Assembly (NCBI RefSeq): GCF_000485595.1
Contig: NW_014577085.1
Span: forward strand, 814,557-834,556
Direction: 5' to 3'
Source: Priapulus caudatus
Lineage: Eukaryota
DNA length: 20,000 nt
In this document: positions 10,129-20,000 of the stretch, one piece after another
How the letters are laid out: each line of letters opens with the position of its first letter
How positions within the stretch are numbered: position 1 is the stretch's first letter
Translations under genes and position numbers: made by a program
Notes under the pieces: model-generated
The model's database searches: none
What the model was told of the DNA's origin: nothing
The model's input: only the letters and a program-made list of their open reading frames with translations

Positions 10129-11589
10129 GAAACCGTGCTAGCGCTAGCAAATGCCCTAAGTCCTGGGAGATCGGCGATTTGTACGGCCCAATGGGTCCCG
10201 CCCATCTTAAAATATCAGTCTGGTGCGGCGTAGGCTGTGATTGAAAGACACAAAGTGTCAATCCTTGCGCGCCTCGGCATCAGGCGCATCACGTCGAGGT
10301 TCGTCGCCACTCCGGGCAGCTCGATGTACGCCGGCTGTTATCTGATCATAAACTCCTCTCGCTACATAATCATGGGCTTGTAAGCAACTAGTTCATGCAG
10401 CTATGTGTTTTCTCTGTGTATTACATATTGCTAACTAGGAGTAGGAGCTCAGAAGGACATTTCGAAACCGCAAAACCAACAGCATCGCACTATTACAGTA
10501 ATTTTTTCATTTACAAAACCAATTTGTTGGTAACAATGTGAGGTGCATCTTGTAAATTGGTCCAAGGTTTCAATAGTCCGCAGGACATTGATATTGATGG
10601 CCGGATTTTTGTATATAGAAAGCATTTGAAACTAGTAGCTTTCATTAGTTTTAGCATTGCACATTTTTCTATTCAATATTTTGTTTTTTAGGGCATACAA
10701 AAGGCGTAACAATGATTACAGGCAAAGTCAGTCATAAAAGAAATCAATATTTTAAAGAAATGCTTGCCACCTGAATTTCTATATTGCTGCCTGTCTTGAA
10801 TTATTAAGGCCGACAAAAAATTACCCTTGTTAGGGTCACCGCCGCCGACTTCACATTTCGGAGTGAAAAAAGTGCGATTGCGGTCACTTTTAAGAGGGTC
10901 TCAAGAAAAATTAAATTCAAAGATACCGCTGCCGATCATATACATATATTCAAAATCGACTCGTCATTTATTTACCTAAAGAGAAGTCTCAAATATTTAT
11001 AAACAGAACTTCGTTGCGAGAAGGAAACAGTTCGTACCTATGTTTCCTACAAGTAAAACAGTCGATGCATGGACCGGCTACTTCATAAACAGAGCCTGAA
11101 GGTCGAAGGCGGCGGCGTCCGCTTGATGTACGCGATCCGATCGCGTACTATATAGTATACGGCATGCTATCATGCTATACGCGGCCGCAGAGCCGTTTAC
11201 ACTTTGGGTACTCGCTCGTTCAAAGGATGATTAATCGAGCTCCGTTTTTGAGGCATTCCTAACACTACTATCCAGTAGTGCTGTGTGTCGGATCCGACAT
11301 AACCCAAAATCCGATCGCGACAGCATTTTTGAAAATCCGAATCCGAATCCGAATTCGATGGCTATTTTGAATCCGATCGAATCCGAATCCGATGGCAATT
11401 TCTGAATTCCGAATCCGAATCCGATGTGTATCGCTAAATTCCGATCCGAAATCCGATCCGAAATCCCGACCCGAATCCGGAACATAGAAATGCAAATAGT
11501 GTGACAGACATCGTGTAAAATTCGGTTATAATTGTTTCAACATCAAACTTTGGGTTGTTGAGACAAGGGATGGGGTGAAGGGGACTGTA

Positions 11590-11642
11590 GACGTAAGAAA
11601 ACGTAAGACGTAAGAGACGTAAGACGTAAGAGACGTAAGACG
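11590..11642 (+). repeat. Short tandem repeat of GACGTAA(GA) units
   Basis: gacgtaagaaaacgtaagacgtaagagacgtaagacgtaagagacgtaagacg. Confidence 0.85.
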
Positions 11643-11729
11643 GTTTCTTATCAAATCCCGAAAAACTATAGTTCAATAACAATAACCGGAAAAATTGGCA
11701 AAACATAACTATTACCTTAGTGTGGCTAA

Positions 11730-12380
11730 TGTAAGGCGGGCAGATTGCATATGCCACGGGAGAGCGATAGCGACGGCGGAAAGTGCAATCTTGGCGCCAC
11801 AGTGTCGAGAGGTTGTCACAACATGCTGAGAATGACGCTACGCGAGCCAGTCGAGCACGTACGAGAGAAGCAATGATCGAGCGGCGGAGCTAGGTTTCCC
11901 GGGCATTACGCCTGGTGACAACCTAGACGCTGACCAGATGACCTATGACATCAGGCAGGAATGCATCATGGAATTCGGCCAAGTACGAGCCGAGAGCGAA
12001 GACATGCATATCCGTAGCATCGCTCTGAGTAATGGCGAAGGTAAGGACTGCATTCCCGTATTTGGTATGTTCCAGTTGGCCGGAGGAAGCGGAGAAAGAG
12101 CTATAACGAGAGGTGACGTAGGAAAGGGCGCGCGTATATAAGGTGGACCATTGCTTCTCGGGCTCTTGTTAGAAAGACACCGATCGAGAAAGGTGGTAAG
12201 TGCGTGATACGGTTGCATATGTAAATGAACGTCTTGCTAGTCTGTAGTACATGAGTTTCTATGTTGTATTATGTAGTAAAACACTACTGAACGCTACTTC
12301 TCGTCTTGTCTCTGTTCTTTACTTGTCTCTAAGTTCATTACAGAACCTCTTAAACAAGGTAGCGCGAATCAGGTGTTACA
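11730..12380 (+). mobile_element. Putative solo or 3' LTR of an LTR retrotransposon; left boundary uncertain
   Basis: TGTAA...TTACA inverted termini, TATATAA at 12135, an AGTAAA poly(A)-like signal at 12275 and a T-rich U5-like tail. Alternative starts are TGTAG at 11586 (after a purine tract) and TGTCACA at 11814. No TSD or PBS found. Confidence 0.55.
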
Positions 12381-12412
12381 ATATATATACGCCATGCCGG
12401 CGATGTCTGTGA

Positions 12413-12869
12413 GTGCACGTTGCGTGTGCGTGCGTGCGTGCGTGCGTGTGGTCGTACACGTACGTGCATGCGTGCGTGCGTGCGTGTTAACGTACACGTG
12501 CGCGTGCATGCACGGTACGTACACACGCACCCACGCACGCATGGACGCCCGTGTACGTGCACACGCACGCACGCACGCACGCACACACACACGCAGCGCA
12601 GCACTTGTACTTGCACACGCACGCACGCACACACATACGCATGCACGCACCGCAAACACATACGCATGCACGCACGGCACACACGCACGCACGTACGTGT
12701 ACGACCACACAACCCACACCACGCACACAAACACGCATGCACACAACGCACGAATCACGAACGTGTACGTGCACAACGCACGCACGCACGCACCGCACGC
12801 ACGCACGTGTACCTACATACGTACAGCATGCACCGCGCACGCACGAACAACCACGTGCACACGCACGCA
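12413..12869. repeat. Degenerate (GTGC)n / (GCAC)n microsatellite with a polarity switch near 12515
   Basis: Directly visible. It explains the six overlapping low-complexity ORFs in the track. Confidence 0.95.
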
Positions 12870-13060
12870 ATCCGAATCTCGAACCGACAGCATTTTTGAA
12901 AATCCGATCCGATCCGAATCCGACGACAATTTTGGAATCGCGAATCGAATCCGAATCCGATCTTAAAAATTGTAAATCGATCCGAATCCGAATCCGATCG
13001 GATTCGGATTGGAATCGGATTCGGATTATCGGATCCGACGCACAGCACTACTATCCAGGT

Positions 13061-13487
13061 CAGGTTCTCCCTACGTTGCGCAAAACGGGGCGCGCAAAAA
13101 ACTCCCTCCTGTTTCAATCGTTGCGCCCCGTTTAAATTACCTCCGCCCGAATTAAAGTTCTACCACAATAAAAGTTGCCAGCGGGAATCGAGTCGTCAAG
13201 AATTCACTCGACCAGGACACCCGCGCGTGCATTTTCCCCTGCCACGCAGGCACTGCAGACAATACACAAGTACAAACAGTCCAACCTGTCCCACACCCAA
13301 CACTAACTGTACATCCGACTCGGCTATCTATATATACAAGAACCCAAATACGTCTATGTGTGGTGGCGATTTTACGCATTAATTAGTGGTACGGTAAAAA
13401 AAACACGCCCCCCCCCCCCGGACCCTCCTAGTTTCTCCAACCCTCCCCTCCCTCCCCGTCTGTTGAATTTCATCTGGGAGAACCCTG
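13061..13487. mobile_element. hAT-like MITE
   Basis: Left CAGGTTCTCCC pairs with right GGGAGAACCCTG (one indel). Flanks caggt / cagtgt may be a degraded TSD. Confidence 0.6.
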
Positions 13488-13934
13488 CAGTGTTTCACAT
13501 TTTGAAAACAATGTCATGACTTGCAGCAATGGTACATGCAATGCAAGTCATTGGCATCTCGTGGCCCTGCATTCAAGCTGTATACCCTATATTTTTTTAA
13601 CTTGTAAAAAAAATTATATTTCTGCCTACCCATGCTTTTGCAGGAAAAAAAAGAAAATGTTATACCTACCTACCTACCCTAATTTCCACAATCCATGTGA
13701 CCCGAACCAAAGGTATTTTTTTGTTTGGCCTAATGATTTTATGGCTGCTAAGTTTTTAACAAATACATATGTAATAGGTTGGGCCACCCATGAAAAATCT
13801 TTTATTTTGTTTTGACAAGATGTGTGTATGTATATATTGTATATTCTGTTTTGTGTACATATGTTTTTGCGAACGAATTTGATTTTTTTGCGAACTGAAA
13901 TAATTATTGTTTTGTTGTAATCAGCAATAAAAGT

Positions 13935-13993
13935 GCGAGTAGCGGCGTTTGGCGGAGTCGGTCGTAAAACCAAGCAATATTTTATCTTAGGCC
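13935..13993 (-). mobile_element. Additional GGCC-type TIR end (also in copy A, ending at 8137)
   Basis: In copy A the reverse complement reads GGCCTAAGATAAAATATTGCTTGTTTTACCGACCGACTCGCC, the same terminal style as the element at 10808-13730. Confidence 0.45.
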
Positions 13994-15114
13994 TTGGCTA
14001 GCGAAACAGGGCTAAGCTTGAAAGGTAAAGCTTGAAAAGTGAGAGAGTTGTGATCTAAGTGAGTAGTTGCACAGCAAAGGAATAACAATATTAGTAGTAT
14101 AATGTATAACACTGAGCCATTATTAGCTATTAGGTTAACAGCAGAAACTAAAGTATTTTCACATTTTATTTTGTAAATCAACATCAAAAGTTATCTGCTG
14201 CACACTAATTTACACTGATCAATGCAAATGTCTACTCAACTACAAGATTGACAGGCTTGACAGCTAGCGCTTGCTATAGTGCTGCTATTATAGAAGTATT
14301 TTAAAAATTAAAATGTCACTTAGTAACAAGTGGCACAAAGTTAACAATTTAAAGTTAAAGCTGCCAAGGGCGACCCCTGTGTTGACAAATCTTCTAAAGT
14401 CATTTGTTAGGGCATCCGTGTTATTTCCAGGAATCAGACAGATTTGGCCATTATGCAAGTATGCAGCCAGTGTGATGATTTGGAATGTTAAGCGCACACT
14501 TGCACCAATTTGGAAGATGGGCATAATATAATAACAGCAGCGGCAGCTCAAACAAGCTGCCGCAACCATCATCGCAGAAGGCCGCATGTTAAAAAAATAC
14601 AACAACAAATGTAAGCAACCTAATAACTATCAGTACGAGTCAAAGATGAAATTTAACAAGTGCGGCGGAGCCGACAGCGCTCATCTAACGTCTACTGCGG
14701 TGACTCTGTGGTGGAGTGGTTGGATTCTAGTAAACCCTGTTAGTTCCCAAATGTGTTTCACATACACGCCGAAACAGTGGAATGCACGGGATGGTATCAG
14801 GAACCTTCTCAAAGGAATGTTCGTTGGGATCTGTTATGAAAGTGCCACGAGATGGCGCGTACGTTTAAGTGTCTTCAGATTAAAGATGGAAGCTACCATC
14901 GTACGTAGTAGCAAACACTATTTGCAAGACAGAATAGGTGTAAGCACTCATCCATTTACTGCGCAAGCCTACAGGCTGCAATGAGAGGCGTGCCACCTGT
15001 AACCATTAATGCAGGCAAAAACTACACAGTACACCACCACATGCACATGGCAGTGGCCACTGGCAGTGGCATACGTTACTCAGGAGTAGATAAGAGGGAA
15101 GGAGTGTGACATCA

Positions 15115-16062
15115 ATAAAAAGGAAATCGTCATTACTAGCCTTATAATACCTACGATTTACTACGGCATAACCATCCAACTTGAGCTCAAATCGGACACA
15201 TTACATTCGCATAGCATCGTGCAGAAATCGTTTCCTCGTATCACCCCAATCCGGAGATACGACTAAAACGTACGACACGATTCTCCATTCTTGGCATCAA
15301 TCGCAAATCCATTGCGCGCGCTCTAATTCAAACAAAAAGGCAGCTACCTAACCAACAGCTTGCTAACAACACAGCTCACAACACAACCACAGCTCTACTA
15401 GCAACTCGCGCAGTGAAATTCTTTCTAAGCAGAACAGTAAACAAATCCATGTTTAACCCTCCTCTTGAGGGTCAAAAGGTTATCCGACACTTACTCTTCA
15501 CATTGTTAGCAGAAGGTACATTTCATGGTCCTTTCAATAAAGCCTATAAAAATGCTAGGTCCCCGCTGAAACACAAAGATTTTCAATCGCTCCGTCAGAC
15601 CATGTCCTCAGAAAATGTCTAAAATGCTGCCCTGTGCCCATTGACCTTTGACCTGTGACCTCCAATTTCGACACAGTGATGGCTTTTCCTACTATGATGC
15701 TATACACCGACTATCACGAGCCTAGGTCGAGCGTTTAGATTTGTGCCACACGAGCCTAGGTCGAGCCATTTAGATTTGTGCTGCAATTCTGCATTTCCTC
15801 CCTATACCTTAAGTTAAGGAGTGAATGTTCCCTTCTTTTACACCTCTTGACCTTTGACCTTTGACCCCCAGCTTCGACATCCCAACTCGTTTTCGGATTA
15901 CCCCCCCACGTTCCGAATATCGTGACCGTACGTCGAGCGGTTAAGATTTGTGCCCAACTGTTGACGGACGGACGGACGGACGCACAGACGCTCGCACGGA
16001 CGGACAGACGGACGATCATGCGATTCTACAAGCTGCATCTGACTATGTCAGATGAGCTAATA
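15115..16062 (+). mobile_element. Helentron-derived non-autonomous element (HINE / DINE-1 / pearl-like); 5' end approximate
   Basis: Two diverged ~200-bp core repeats, each starting TTGACCTTTGACC (~15641 and ~15848) and ending gtcgagc..tagatttgtgcc. These are followed by a (GACG)n microsatellite (15963-16015), a 3' stem-loop AGCTGCATCTGAC-TAT-GTCAGATGAGCT (16031-16058) and an A-rich end. A truncated copy lies at ~9285-9941. Confidence 0.75.
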
Positions 16063-16562
16063 ATATAGCATTATGTATCATATGTTATCACATGGCAAAA
16101 TACCAGATGTACTTTGCCTGATTGTTGAATACACAACACTGGCTATTTCAGTGACTCAGGTTCTATAGTGTATAATCATGCATATATCTAAGCATTAAAG
16201 AATAGTGTCACAAACACATCAATGCGTGAGGAGATCGCGAGTCTTTCTTCTCTCGCCATGATCCATGCACAGTATGACGCCTATCATGTAGACCTAGAAG
16301 ATCAGTCAACAGTTTTTCATACTTGCCCTAATTTCAAATGAGGGTGACACAGACATCTAAACATGTTTAAGTTTTCACCAATGTTCTGATAATACTTGCT
16401 TTAAATATTTAAATTTCGTGCAATAGTTTGTAAATTATTGTACACAGAAATTCATTCTAAATTATATTATTCAGAAAGAAAGTAATATGTGTTTCTATGG
16501 TATGATTGCATTCATGCAGTACACAAACTAAGTTGGCTGGCTACAAAGGTCCACCTTCTAAT

Positions 16563-16995
16563 GAGGGGGGAAATGGGGGGAGGGCGTACATTCCCACTTT
16601 CCCAGCAAAAAACACCCCATATCCTAGTTGCCAGTAAAATAAAATCCCAATTCCCAGTTCCCAGAAAATTATGTAGACATGTTTCAGGAAATTCAGTAGT
16701 TTAGGTTTTCAAACACTACATAAATACTAATATTTACATACTATTATTTATCTGGGCATAATTAATAAAAAAAATAAAAAAATAAATTAATTAAATCTAT
16801 AAATATTAGCGCAGAAATTGAAATCCCGACGAATTGACACAATTTTCCCAGATCCCAGACAATTTTAGAGGGTCTTTCCCACGTCCCGATGGACTTCTGT
16901 TCCCGAATCACGGGAAATTTACCTGACATTTCCCAGTTCCCAGGTAATTAAAATGGCCAATCCCACGTCCCGAAAATACCCGTTCCCCCCATCTC
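16563..16995. mobile_element. Non-autonomous TIR element with GAG...CTC termini and a 4-bp TSD (Sola2-like)
   Basis: TAAT|GAGGGGGGAAATGGGGGGAGGGCGTA ... TACCCGTTCCCCCCATCTC|TAAT. Internal TTCCCAGTTCCC and TCCCACGTCCCGA repeats. Confidence 0.7.
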
Positions 16996-17224
16996 TAATA
17001 AAAACGACCCCCGAAAAAGACCCACCCCTCCTGGAATGCTCACTATAGCCGTATAGGCCTGTCTAAACTATAACAGCATAAATCCTTAGTAATATTTTAA
17101 AAAGTTAGTGCAATAAGTAGTCTACCCGCCAATAGGTGAAACTATCTTCCACCGCATGTTTTCAGATTTTGGTTGTGTTTGAGAGACGATTACTTTAAAG
17201 GTAGTAGGGCCTAGTAATGCTCAT

Positions 17225-17507
17225 AGGGTCTATGTCCCCCAGGGTACTGCCGGAACGTACCCTGGGTATGGTCCGGTATACCGGAACGTACCCTAGTCAC
17301 TATTTGATATGGTTAGTGTTAGGATTAGGGTTAGGGTTCGGGTTAGGGTTAGGGTTAGGGTTAGGGTTCGGCTTAGGGAGTAGGCGTAGGCGATTCCCTA
17401 GACTCGTTAGTGGAGTAGGCGAGGTACGGTTCGGCATATTAGATAGTACCAGGGTACGTTCCGGTATACCGGACCGTTCCGGCAGTACCCCGGGGGACAT
17501 AGACCCT
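17225..17507. mobile_element. Palindromic (foldback) MITE with a central telomere-like (TTAGGG)n array
   Basis: Near-perfect inverted arms of ~70 bp (AGGGTCTATGTCCCCC..GGGTACTGCCGGAACG / CGTTCCGGCAGTACCCCGGGGGACATAGACCCT). TTAGGG-type repeats at 17312-17378. Flanks CTCAT/CTCAG may be a 5-bp TSD. Confidence 0.88.
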
Positions 17508-19015
17508 CTCAGCCCTAGTAATAGTATCTAGGCCTTCGCCACCTTACAAAAATATTTGTAGGACTATAGATTTAACTACAACTAACATTAACTACGGCTT
17601 ATCACTTTATCGACAATACAAAACGACGCATGTTCAACAGATCTATTGTGTTTGGCCATGACACATGCGACTCGTGAGCCCGGCATGGTATCTGATATTA
17701 TTCTGGTATTCCTGAAGACTTAGAATATGACCCACATTTGTACTCATTCAAGTATAAAAACCTGTTTACAACCATGTAAATTACTTGGCCCTACAACCAA
17801 TATATTTGTTAAGGTATACGCAGGAGGGCTAATAAATGTACGAACCACAATATAATAACATTATACGTATCACGTAATTAGGCCAAATGTTACCGCCATT
17901 TTGTTACCTATAGGCGATTAATCTACCATGAAAGTGAAACCAAAAATTCTGAAAAGGGCCAACCACGTGTTTACGAAACGATAGTAAAATTGACATTTTC
18001 ATTTCAGTAACCACAATTAACAACGCAAATCTGCTACTTAAGACGCTGTAATGCAACAAATAATGCGTACTGTAAACATAAGACTAGACGGCACCGAGTT
18101 CAAAATACTACGACCACAACGGGGTAGTCGCGCTTCCACCGTAATGGCGCTATCGTCGCCACACACGCCGAATCAAAACCAAAGGGTGTCTTATTTTTGA
18201 TCCAATGTACTAGTTTCCTACTCATTTCAAAGGCAATATTCGGCACCAACGACGTCCCTACGTTTAACAAAAGCAAATAAGCAGATCAATAATTGCATAT
18301 ACTCACAGATTTAGCCGAAAATAGGGATCTAACTGTCACAAAATACAACTTGTTCGCATGCGTGTTTTGGCGGGGCTGACACATACCCACGAGGTGGCAG
18401 GGCAATAGTTAGTATGGCCGCGTCCATCGGATAAGGTAAAACCATGTGTGATATTTTATTTGAAACAAACATCGTCTTTTTTTTGTTATATACATATTTA
18501 TATCGGTGTCAATTAAGAGAGAAGTTCTTCAAGGACAGTATAAACTCTTCATTTTAACCAGTAAACGCTAATACCCGCGCTGTAAAACGATAATTTTTTC
18601 AAAGATTGATTTGTTTTGAAATAAGCAATGTGCGGCGCCAGTGATAACTATACCGTTACGCAATGTAGCTCCTCAGGCACTGAGGTAGGCTAAGAGCCAC
18701 AGGCACAGGCACTTGGAACGTCTCAATAAAATACAAAAATGTAAACACGAGATGTATTTACTACCAAAGTCTTAATGTTTCTCTACTCTATTTCGCCTAT
18801 AATCACCTGTAAATGGCAGTCAAATGCTCATCTGCAACACACAAGTACACCGCACGCCCGCGCTGTGCACAAACAACATGAATAAGAGAGTTGTCTAATA
18901 TAATGCACGGGTATTGCGAATGGACCTTGCGGTCATCGAGTCAGCCATACACTATAGTTACAGTACATGTTAGTTTATTACTTTCCAAGACACGATGTTG
19001 AATAATATTTACAAT

Positions 19016-19140
19016 CAGCGTCGGAAATAACCGGGGGCGACGGGCGATTTTGCCCTCGGCGGAGCCCAAATAGCCCCCTAAATCCTCAAAACCCAATTCT
19101 TTGGGGCGACCATTTTCTTCAGTGTCGCCCTCATCTCTGC
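19016..19140 (+). mobile_element. Possible orphan hAT-like terminus
   Basis: CAGCGTCGGAAATAA followed by GGGCGA/TCGCCC subterminal motifs. No partner end seen. Confidence 0.35.
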
Positions 19141-19778
19141 TACGCAAATTTCACAAAATTTCTGTTCTAGGAGCAGCATACAGAATTAACATGTTAATCT
19201 CACTTTCGGCGAGCTTTCCGTTTTACAGGAGTTAATTTAGATCTACAGCTATCGTAAATAAACGCGTAATGCATGGAAAAGGAATGAAGTCGGCTTTTGT
19301 TTGCATGTTACAGCACTGTGGCTATACGAATCAGCACTGTAATTATCAACTGATTCTAATCGCTTGCTTCAGTATGACTAGTCTTCGACCGATACGGTTT
19401 GTAAAAAGGTGTTTATTTTCCACAGCACAGCGCTCAGTACAGTATGTTGTTTACGAATTACGATCGATGTAAAAGACTATACCAAAGACCGGTAATGCGA
19501 CTATCACGTTGTACCTGGGGTACGGTGAATGTTGAGATAATTTTCGCGGTCGCAGTGAAAATTACATACAGGATATAAAATTACAAATATTACAAACATA
19601 TTAATAAATCATGACACAAACTTATTATACAATATATGTAGCACCAACAATATCACATTAATGGTCTAATATAATAATAAAATGTTAACATGCATTCAGT
19701 TCAACGTGCAACAAAAAATAGCCCCAAGGCTAATAAAAGGAGCTCTTGAAAAATAAAAATAAATTCCGCCCCTGTTTA

Positions 19779-19875
19779 CAGTGCTCGAAATAAGCGTTGT
19801 CCGGTTGTCCGAGACAACCAGAATTTGCGCCGGACAACCTAACCAGTCTGAGACATTGTCCGGTGGACAACCAAG
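19779..19875 (+). mobile_element. Left end of a hAT-like element related to 4389-5310
   Basis: CAGTGCTCGAAATAA terminus with repeated GTTGTCC/GGACAACC motifs, as in the intronic element. Confidence 0.55.
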
Positions 19876-19878
19876 AAA

Positions 19879-19911
19879 CCCTATCCCTAACCCTAACACT
19901 AACTCTAAACC
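19879..19911 (+). repeat. Short degenerate (CCCTAA)n tract
   Basis: ccctatccctaaccctaacactaactctaaacc. Confidence 0.6.
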
Positions 19912-20000
19912 GACTTGGCTATCTTATATACGCATGGTACCCAATTAATCTATGGTGTATAACCTTTTGCTTTCAATATTTTGCATCTGAACTGACAATC

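Larger units (their letters stand above)
11276..13050. mobile_element. Non-autonomous hAT element with an 8-bp TSD and (ATCCGA)n subterminal arrays
   Basis: TIRs TAGTGCTGTGTGTCGGATCCGA / TCGGATCCGACGCACAGCACTA. Perfect TSD CTATCCAG at 11268-11275 and 13051-13058. AATCCG/ATCCGA arrays at ~11330-11480 and ~12870-13040. Confidence 0.92.
10808..13730. mobile_element. Non-autonomous TIR element with GGCC termini and a TAA TSD (Zator- or PIF/Harbinger-like), hosting nested insertions
   Basis: Left end TAA|GGCCGACAAAAAATTACCCTTGTTAGGGTCAC; right end GTGACCCGAACCAAAGGTATTTTTTTGTTTGGCC|TAA. This is an imperfect TIR of ~33 bp with a 3-bp TWA duplication. Confidence 0.65.
10129..15808 (+). repeat. Copy B of the duplicated block, with an extra ~3.05-kb segment (~10851-13896)
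   Basis: Begins gaaaccgtgctagcgctagc (compare 7317 gaaaccgttctagcctagc). It matches copy A to ...gtcaccgccgccgact, resumes at actgaaataattattg (13894) and ends at catttcctccctata. Confidence 0.92.

Noticed and set aside
9888..10261. ORFs spanning the N run
   Set aside because: Artefacts of translating through the gap.
11231..13135. Repetitive ORFs (RIRI, HART, CVRA types), or a CRISPR-like array
   Set aside because: These are translations of hAT subterminal hexamers and a microsatellite. There is no repeat-spacer structure and the context is eukaryotic.
17312..17378. True telomere or chromosome-fusion scar
   Set aside because: The tract is short, degenerate and in one orientation, and it is enclosed by the arms of a foldback element.

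Overview
Repeat-rich eukaryotic genomic DNA, most likely from a non-vertebrate animal; it is not prokaryotic. The main feature is missing from the ORF track: an uninterrupted minus-strand reading frame from ATG 4226 past position 1 (>=1408 codons in one exon of >=4.2 kb). It carries several motifs diagnostic of MGA (MAX gene-associated protein, PRC1.6 subunit), including the Cys-rich MGA/DUF4801 motif, but shows no T-box. A likely non-coding first exon and CpG-rich promoter lie at about 5960-6720. The rest is non-coding: non-autonomous DNA transposons (hAT-, PIF/Zator- and Sola2-like), a putative LTR, a Helentron/HINE-type element and a palindromic element with a (TTAGGG)n core. A ~2.6-kb block appears on both sides of a 187-N gap and differs by a ~3-kb nested-TE segment; this is most likely two uncollapsed haplotypes. 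I found no convincing novel system. Family assignments come from motif recall, not database searches.
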